The notes below the pieces were generated by a model, which made no database searches, was not told the DNA's origin, and was given only the letters and a program-made list of their open reading frames with translations. The translations under genes were made by a program, and so were the position numbers. Shown in pieces: positions 28,993 to 35,045 of a stretch of 35,045 nt of DNA (the stretch's first letter is position 1; each line of letters opens with the position of its first letter). Source of the stretch: an uncultured Methanospirillum sp. GTDB taxonomy: Archaea > Halobacteriota > Methanomicrobia > Methanomicrobiales > Methanospirillaceae. Location: the NCBI GenBank assembly GCA_964610235.1, contig CAZSVH010000003.1, positions 1-35,045 on the forward strand. The letters run 5' to 3'.

Positions 28993-29493
28993 ATGGCAAC
29001 GAAGGATAATTTACTGGCCGGTTTTGCTGGTGAGTCTCAGGCAAACCGAAAATATGCAGCCTTTTCAGAAAAAGCTGCCGAAGAGGGATTCCCCAATGTT
29101 GCAAGACTCTTCAGGGCTGCATCAGAAGCAGAAGCCATCCATGCAAAGCGCCATCTCTCGGTGTATGGTATCAGTTCCACTGCCGAGAACCTGAAAGCGT
29201 CGGTATCCGGAGAGACGGAAGAGTTCACCGAGATGTACCCGAAGTTCATCACTGAGTCAGAGCAGGAAAAAAACACGGAGGCGACCCGCTCCTTCACCTA
29301 TGCCATGAAGGCAGAACAGGTGCATGCGGGATTATACCAGAAGGCACTTGAGGCGATCGGGTCAGGTTCGGATCTCGCATCAGGTACGATCCTCCTCTGT
29401 CCGGTCTGCGGGAACGTGGCGCTGGACAAGGCACCGGGTGCCTGCCCCATCTGCGGAGTGCCGGGTTCACGGTGGCGTGAGATCACCCTCTGA
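28993..29493 (+). CDS. rbr: Rubrerythrin
   Basis: AGESQA..KY, EAIHA, EFTEMYP, EQVHA, C-terminal CPVCG...CPICG rubredoxin domain. Confidence 0.92.
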   Translation: MATKDNLLAGFAGESQANRKYAAFSEKAAEEGFPNVARLFRAASEAEAIHAKRHLSVYGISSTAENLKASVSGETEEFTEMYPKFITESEQEKNTEATRSFTYAMKAEQVHAGLYQKALEAIGSGSDLASGTILLCPVCGNVALDKAPGACPICGVPGSRWREITL

Positions 29494-29628
29494 TCTCTCC
29501 TCTCCCGGTCTGCCGTATCCCGGGGCTCTTCTCTCTGAAATCCGGTTCCGGCTGGCATTTCCGTTTTTTTTTGCATCCCTCCGGTTGCCGGCGATTCTTA
29601 CAATCACACCTAAATACCTTCGTAGAGA

Positions 29629-30612
29629 ATGAATAGGTGCATGAGATCAATCTTCCGGATTGGGTGTATTCTCGTAGTTATCGCCTCCCTGCTCGTTTCA
29701 GGGGCAATGGCGGAGACTGCGGGCTCTTCAACTGTAGACGCAGCTGTTGCACAGGCTGAAAATGTGACTGAGACCGCCAAGGAGGCAGCCGTGACCGTCG
29801 GCGCTGCCGCCGCACAGGCAGGGAACGTGACCGAGACCGTGGGCAGCGCCGCTGCAGCCGTCGGACTGACCGGTGTTGAGAATCTGACCGAGTCAGCCAA
29901 GGAAGCCACGGCAATGGTCGGTGCTGCTGCCGCTCAGGCAGAGAACCTGACCGAGTCTGCACAGGATGTCCTGGCAGCCGTCAGCGGTGCAGAGGCCGGA
30001 GCCGCTGAACCTGCCGCCGCCGCAGCAGCAGCCGTTGCAGCGGTTACCGGGGCTGTGGAAGAACCTGACCTGGTCAACGATACCCTGGTCAAGTTTGTCA
30101 CTGATGCCCGGACCTTTGCTGTCGGAAGCGGAAAGGCTGCAGCAATGTCTGCGTTCTCCAACCCCGTCGGCGGGTATGTCACCGATGACATGTACATCTT
30201 CGCCTATGACTATGACGGAAAGGCCCTCTGCCTGCCGTACAACCCGGGAATGGTCGGGTTCAACCAGATTGCCCTCTCAGACTCCACCGGATTTAGGTAT
30301 GTCCAGCAGATGCGGGACACTGCCAAGCGTGGTGTCGGCTTTGTCAGATACCAGGAATCTGACATGATGAACAAGGGTCAGATCGCTGAGAAGGTCTCCT
30401 ACGTGACTGATGTCGACGGCACCTACTGGATCGGAGCAGGGGTCTTTGTCAGGGAAGAGGAGCAGAAGCCGGCTGCCGTTGTTGAGGCTGTCACCGCTGC
30501 CGTGAGTGCTGCACCTGATGCCAATGTCACCGCCCCGGTCGGAAATCTGACCGCCGGTGCTGAGGCAGTCGTTGACGCAGTCCAGTCAGCTGCAGAGAAC
30601 ATAACTGCATAA
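29629..30612 (+). CDS. Secreted protein with Ala-rich N-glycosylation repeats and a single Cache domain
   Basis: Signal peptide. Cache signature YIFAYDYDG..L..P...VG.NQ....DSTG...VQQM...GFVRY...EKVSYV...YWIGAGV. Start may be 29641. Confidence 0.8.
   Translation: MNRCMRSIFRIGCILVVIASLLVSGAMAETAGSSTVDAAVAQAENVTETAKEAAVTVGAAAAQAGNVTETVGSAAAAVGLTGVENLTESAKEATAMVGAAAAQAENLTESAQDVLAAVSGAEAGAAEPAAAAAAAVAAVTGAVEEPDLVNDTLVKFVTDARTFAVGSGKAAAMSAFSNPVGGYVTDDMYIFAYDYDGKALCLPYNPGMVGFNQIALSDSTGFRYVQQMRDTAKRGVGFVRYQESDMMNKGQIAEKVSYVTDVDGTYWIGAGVFVREEEQKPAAVVEAVTAAVSAAPDANVTAPVGNLTAGAEAVVDAVQSAAENITA
29749..29967 (+). repeat. Four imperfect in-frame repeats of about 19-21 codons (AQA-E/G-N-V/L-T-E-T/S-A)
   Basis: AQAENVTETAKE / AQAGNVTETVGS / GVENLTESAKE / AQAENLTESAQD, also visible at the DNA level. 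Confidence 0.75.
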
Positions 30613-30620
30613 TTCAGACA

Positions 30621-30633
30621 CTTCTCTTTTTTT
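30621..30633 (+). terminator. Oligo-T archaeal terminator
   Basis: CTTCTCTTTTTTT immediately after the Cache gene stop. Confidence 0.5.
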
Positions 30634-30766
30634 CCGGCCAGCCGGTGACTGAAGGCGATGCTGTGGCGGGATCTCCGGAGCTGGTTTGTCTCCTCACGAA
30701 ACCTTGATATGACTTTTTCCCGTATATCTTCAGAAATACAGATGTATTTTTGGTGGGGTATAGTTC

Positions 30767-32407
30767 ATGAAACAATATATTTCTCTGGTGTCTGCACTCG
30801 CTCTCCTGCTCCTGGTGCAGGCGGGGTCAGGAGCACCCGGTGATCTCATCTGGCAGCAGACGCTCGGAGGACCGGGTGGTGAGGAGTGGGGGTACAGCCT
30901 TGACGCGACACCCGACGGCGGACTGCTGGTCACCGGGATCGCCTACTCGACCGATGCGAATGTGACCGGAGCCCGGGGAAACGGGGATCTCTGGGTGGTG
31001 CGGCTGGACCCGTCCGGGAACCTCCTCTGGGATCATGCATTCGGAGGGAATGAATCAGATTACGGACTCTCTGTCCGTGCAACAGAGGACGGGGGATCGG
31101 TCATCATCGGGACAACCGGCTCGATGACCGGGGATGTAACCGGATATCACGGGAACGGGGATCTCTGGGTTATCCGGCTCTCTTCATCTGGTGAATCTGT
31201 CTGGAAGAAAGTATACGGCGGAAACCTGACGGATGAAGGGGGAGATATCATTCAGACCGCGGACGGGGGATTCCTTGCAGCCGGGTACACCATGTCTGAT
31301 GGCGGGGATGCCACCGGTCACCGGGGAGGCGGGGATCTCTGGCTCATCCGGCTCGGATCGGACGGTTCAGTCCTCTGGCAGAAGACGTATGGCGGATCAG
31401 GACGGGAGAGCGGGAGCAGTCTGATCGCCACTGCGGACGGGGGATATGCGATCACCGGCAACACCTACTCCACAGACGGGGATGTCACGGCCAGCCACGG
31501 GAGCAGCGATGTCTGGGTCGTAAAGACCGATTCAGCCGGGAATCTCCTCTGGCAGAAGACGTATGGCGGCTCCCGGCTTGACTGGGGGCATTCCCTCGTC
31601 GAACTGCCGGGCGGGGACCTGGTGGTGGCCGGTGTCACCGCCTCTGCCGATGGGGATGTCAGCCTCAACCATGGTGCCGGTGACATCTGGCTCATCCGGC
31701 TGACCCCGGGTGGAGACCTGGTCTGGGAGAAGACGTACGGGGGAAGTTTCAGTGATAATGTCTGGAAGATCCATCCGGCTCCGACAGGCGGGGTCTACCT
31801 CTCAGGCGAGACTTTCTCGGTGGATGGGGATTTTGCCGGGAATCACGGAGATGCGGATCTCCTCATTTCTGAGATCGACGGGAACGGAACCCTGCTCTGG
31901 TACAAGACCTATGGCGGGCAGAACTATGAGAGCGGATCCTGGGTCCGGCCCCTTCCTGACGGGACCCTGACCGCCTGCGGGACGACACGGTCGATGGACG
32001 GGGATGTCCGGAACGGGAAGGGAGAAGGGGATCTCTGGGTGGTGAAGGTGGAAGGAGGAGCCGGTATGGTCCAGCCCCCGGCCCCGGCGGCCGACGTGTC
32101 TGTGGATCCGGCTGTCACCCCGGTCAATTCATCTCCCGGGACTCTTCCGGCAGAGTCCGTCTCCCCCGTCAGCACCACCCTCCTGCCTGCTCCCGGTATG
32201 GATACTCCCCCGTCCGATCCTGACGGGGATGGTCTGTTTGAGGATCTGAACGGAAACGGAAAGGCCGATATGCAGGACCCGTCCATCTTCTTCACTGAGT
32301 ATGACTGGATCGTCCTGCATTACCCGGTTGAGATCCTTGATTTCAACACCAACGGGGCGATCGACCTCGGCGATGTGAACGAGCTCTTCCTGGAGGTATC
32401 TGGATGA
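30767..32407 (+). CDS. Secreted 7-bladed beta-propeller protein with Pro-rich linker and C-terminal dockerin-like domain
   Basis: Signal peptide. Seven ~58-aa repeats (W.KTYGG...DGG...G.T.S.DGD....HG..D.W...). Paired Ca-loops DPDGDGLFEDLNGNGKADMQD and DFNTNGAIDLGDV. Confidence 0.8.
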   Translation: MKQYISLVSALALLLLVQAGSGAPGDLIWQQTLGGPGGEEWGYSLDATPDGGLLVTGIAYSTDANVTGARGNGDLWVVRLDPSGNLLWDHAFGGNESDYGLSVRATEDGGSVIIGTTGSMTGDVTGYHGNGDLWVIRLSSSGESVWKKVYGGNLTDEGGDIIQTADGGFLAAGYTMSDGGDATGHRGGGDLWLIRLGSDGSVLWQKTYGGSGRESGSSLIATADGGYAITGNTYSTDGDVTASHGSSDVWVVKTDSAGNLLWQKTYGGSRLDWGHSLVELPGGDLVVAGVTASADGDVSLNHGAGDIWLIRLTPGGDLVWEKTYGGSFSDNVWKIHPAPTGGVYLSGETFSVDGDFAGNHGDADLLISEIDGNGTLLWYKTYGGQNYESGSWVRPLPDGTLTACGTTRSMDGDVRNGKGEGDLWVVKVEGGAGMVQPPAPAADVSVDPAVTPVNSSPGTLPAESVSPVSTTLLPAPGMDTPPSDPDGDGLFEDLNGNGKADMQDPSIFFTEYDWIVLHYPVEILDFNTNGAIDLGDVNELFLEVSG

Positions 32408-33375
32408 ATTATTTTCTCATGGGAGCGGTGCTGGCAGGCATCCTCATCTGCGGGGTGACGAGTGTCTCTGCAGCAGCAATCAGTATCGGTTCTGCAACCC
32501 TGTCGGGTGCTGATGCAACGGGTTCGGTGGAGATCACGCTGGATTCAGCCGGTTCAGGCCTCTCGGGATATATTCTCTCGGTATCACCGGAGAATCCGCA
32601 GGTCGTGGCTGTGACCGGTGCGACCTTTCCGACCTGGGCAACCCTGTCTGAAGCAACCCCCGGGTCCGGGGCGGCGTATACCCTCCGTGCCCTTGATCTC
32701 AACGACGGGGTGAAACCCGGGGCAACGAACGTTCCCCTGGCCACCCTCTCTCTCCGGGGCGTGGGATCCGGGACGACCTCGATCACCGCCGCGATCACCC
32801 AGATGGACGATGACTCGGGCAACCCGGTTGATGCCGGGATCATGTCGGGATCTGTCACCGTCGGGGGCGGAGGCGGCGGGGAGACCGGTGTGGTGAACCT
32901 GGCATCAGGATGGAACCTCATCGGGATCCCGATGACCCTGAAGCCGGGATCTGATACCGCTGAGGTCTTCCGGGATGTTCCCAGTGCCGGCCACTCCATC
33001 TTCTCCTATGATCCCGCAGCCGGATGGCAGACGATCGGGAGGACTGAGGTCCTGAACGGGATGAATGCCTACTGGATCTACTCGGTCCAGCCCCTGACCA
33101 TCACCCTGCAGGTTCAGGGCCGTCCGACGACCCCCCGGTCCCTGGGAGCCGGGTGGAATATCGCCTCGATCCCGGGCACTTCCCCGGTTCCGGCTGCCCA
33201 GGCTCTGGCAAGCCTCTCTGAATGGACGTATGCCATCGGGTTTGACCCCTCCCTGCAGCAGTACCGGCAGCCGATCATCAGGGGAGGCTCGGGAGAGCAC
33301 TCAGATCAGACTCCCCTGATCCCGGGTGCCGGGTACTGGATCTATCTCCCGTCTCCCGGTCAGCTGGTTCCCTGA
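32404..33375 (+). CDS. Secreted cohesin-like domain protein with duplicated C-terminal 'L..GWN.I...YWIY' module
   Basis: Signal peptide. Archaeal cohesin-like GLSGY.LSV...FPTWA...ALDL...GATNVPLATL.LRG...MDDDSG. Gly linker. NLASGWNLIG/AYWIY and LGAGWNIAS/GYWIY. ATGA-coupled to the upstream gene. Confidence 0.72.
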   Translation: MNYFLMGAVLAGILICGVTSVSAAAISIGSATLSGADATGSVEITLDSAGSGLSGYILSVSPENPQVVAVTGATFPTWATLSEATPGSGAAYTLRALDLNDGVKPGATNVPLATLSLRGVGSGTTSITAAITQMDDDSGNPVDAGIMSGSVTVGGGGGGETGVVNLASGWNLIGIPMTLKPGSDTAEVFRDVPSAGHSIFSYDPAAGWQTIGRTEVLNGMNAYWIYSVQPLTITLQVQGRPTTPRSLGAGWNIASIPGTSPVPAAQALASLSEWTYAIGFDPSLQQYRQPIIRGGSGEHSDQTPLIPGAGYWIYLPSPGQLVP

Positions 33376-33457
33376 TCCGGGAACATCCATTTATTTTCCT
33401 GCATCACTATACTGAGAGACTCTGACCCTGAAGGGTTCAGACCCGGATGATGATATT

Positions 33458-33967
33458 ATGTCCCTGAAAACCGGTTTAATCCTGATAATGCTGATGCTTC
33501 TCGTCGGCGGCGTATCTGCAATCCCGCCCCTGCCCTATGAGTTTTATGGAAATGCGACACTGAACGGAACGCCTGTTCCTGTTGGAACAGTCATCCTGGC
33601 AAAGATCGGCGACGCAGAGGTTGGCAATATCACCACCAGCACTGCCGGGAGTTACGGAGGATCCGGCACCTTTGACAAGCGTCTTGTCGTGAATGGAGAA
33701 GAGACCCAGATCGGCGAGTACATCACGTTCTGGATCAACGGGATGCAGACGGCAGAGAGGGTAAAACTCTGGGCCGGAGAGTCACAGAAGCTTGACCTGA
33801 CCGTTTCACCGGGGACCGGGGGGAGTGTCGATGCATCTGTCACCCCGTCCCAGCAGGCGGACACTCCAGAGATTCCTGCCCCTGAACCGACCCGCCAGTC
33901 TCCCCTTGGCCTTCTTCCCCTCATTGCCGGCCTGGTAGCGCTCCTCTTCCTGGGAAGAAGATCCTGA
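33458..33967 (+). CDS. Secreted beta-sandwich protein with C-terminal membrane anchor / sorting signal (PGF-CTERM-like variant)
   Basis: Signal peptide. PPLPYEFYG..TLNG.P.P.GT domain. Pro/Thr linker. TRQSPLG followed by a hydrophobic helix and basic RR tail. Confidence 0.75.
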   Translation: MSLKTGLILIMLMLLVGGVSAIPPLPYEFYGNATLNGTPVPVGTVILAKIGDAEVGNITTSTAGSYGGSGTFDKRLVVNGEETQIGEYITFWINGMQTAERVKLWAGESQKLDLTVSPGTGGSVDASVTPSQQADTPEIPAPEPTRQSPLGLLPLIAGLVALLFLGRRS

Positions 33968-34015
33968 TCCCGTTTTTCCCGTATCTTCATATCTTTTTAC
34001 GGCATATCTGCCTGT

Positions 34016-35045
34016 ATGCCGCAGGTAACGGTGTACTCCACCCAGAACTGTCCGTACTGCCGACTCGCAAAGGCGTTTCTCGATCGGTACGGGGTTGAGT
34101 ACCGCAGTATTGATGTCGGGGTTGACCGGAAGGCCGCGAAAGAGATGGTCGAACGCTCCGGCCAGTACGGGGTGCCGGTCATCACGGTGGATGACGAGGT
34201 TATCGTCGGGTTTGACACCAGCCGGCTGAAGGAACTCTTCACCACGGATTCTGCCACTGCTCTCTACGATGTGATCATCGCCGGTGCCGGTCCGGCCGGG
34301 ATGACTGCTGCTCTCTACTGTGCCAGGAAGAACCTCCGTACGATCCTCATTTCCGGCGATATCGGGGGGCAGGCGCTGGAGAGCTGGAATATCGAGAATT
34401 ACATGGGATTCCGGATGATCACCGGGGATGACCTGATGGCACGGTTCGAGGAGCAGATCCGGCAGAACCAGATCCATGTCGAACTGGACCTGATAACCGC
34501 CCTCGCTCCGGTATCAGGCGGGTACCGGGTGAAGACGGCATCGGACCAGGAGTTCACCGGGAAGACCGTCATCCTTGCCCAGGGAAAACGGCCCCGCAGG
34601 CTCGGGATCGAGCGCGAAGAGGAGTTTACCGGGAGGGGTGTCTCGGTCTGTGCCACCTGTGACGGCCCGCTCTTTTCGGATAAGGTCGTGGGCGTCGTCG
34701 GCGGCGGGAACGCTGCCCTGCAGACGGCGATTGAGATGAGCCGGATCGCAAAGGAGGTCCATCTCATTGTCAGGAGCAAGATACGTGCCGACGCGGTCTA
34801 CGCGGATCAGGTTGAGAAGATCCCGGGGATCATCGTCCATACCGGAACCGAGGTCTCTGCCCTGAAGGGGACAGACCGGCTCAGCGGGGTCACCATCCGC
34901 AGCCGTGACGGGGCGACTCAGGATCTCGCCATGGACGGCCTCTTCACCGAGATTGGCTGGCTCCCCAATACCGGATTCCTGGAAGGGGTGGTGACGCTGA
35001 ACTATCTGAAAGAGATTGAGATTGACATCAACTGCCGGACGAATG
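34016..35045 (+). CDS. Glutaredoxin (NrdH-like)-thioredoxin reductase fusion, 3'-truncated by the window end, not in the ORF track
   Basis: Manual translation MPQVTVYSTQNCPYC...GVPVI..., continuing in frame to YDVIIAGAGPAG, IENYMG, GVSVCATCDG, VGGGNAA. Open to the window end. Confidence 0.9.
   Translation, partial: MPQVTVYSTQNCPYCRLAKAFLDRYGVEYRSIDVGVDRKAAKEMVERSGQYGVPVITVDDEVIVGFDTSRLKELFTTDSATALYDVIIAGAGPAGMTAALYCARKNLRTILISGDIGGQALESWNIENYMGFRMITGDDLMARFEEQIRQNQIHVELDLITALAPVSGGYRVKTASDQEFTGKTVILAQGKRPRRLGIEREEEFTGRGVSVCATCDGPLFSDKVVGVVGGGNAALQTAIEMSRIAKEVHLIVRSKIRADAVYADQVEKIPGIIVHTGTEVSALKGTDRLSGVTIRSRDGATQDLAMDGLFTEIGWLPNTGFLEGVVTLNYLKEIEIDINCRTN

Noticed and set aside
29749-32050. Periodic repeats considered as a possible CRISPR array
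   Set aside because: They are in-frame, degenerate protein-coding repeats without identical direct repeats and unique spacers. No cas genes are present.

Overview
This looks like a chromosomal segment of a methanogenic archaeon, most likely Methanomicrobiales (Methanospirillum-like); the assignment is inferred from gene content, TATA-box promoters and protein style. In order it carries: a cytoplasmic REC-PAS-PAS-MCP chemoreceptor; a secreted CAP protein; rimI; DUF1015; two tandem paralogous secreted Cys/Met-rich PPC-like proteins; a tetrapyrrole operon (sirC-hemA-hemB-hemL-hemC-cobA, no hemD); tRNA-Gly(GCC); an M24 peptidase; and a TerY-P-like triad (vWA, PP2C and an unusual 3xIg-kinase-pseudokinase-Zn-finger protein). 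These are followed by a hydrogenase maturation protease, a YprB/MrfB nuclease with a DUF1998 helicase, an oxidative-stress cluster (three iron-sulfur flavoproteins, peroxiredoxin, a CMD protein, a 41-aa desulforedoxin missing from the ORF track, a Zn-ribbon protein, rubrerythrin), radC, a stand-alone secreted Cache protein, a surface-assembly trio (7-bladed propeller-dockerin, cohesin adaptor, membrane-anchored protein) and a glutaredoxin-thioredoxin reductase fusion that runs off the window end. The most promising candidates for novelty are the cohesin/dockerin/anchor trio and the elaborated TerY-P kinase. All domain calls come from motifs read by eye, not from database searches.
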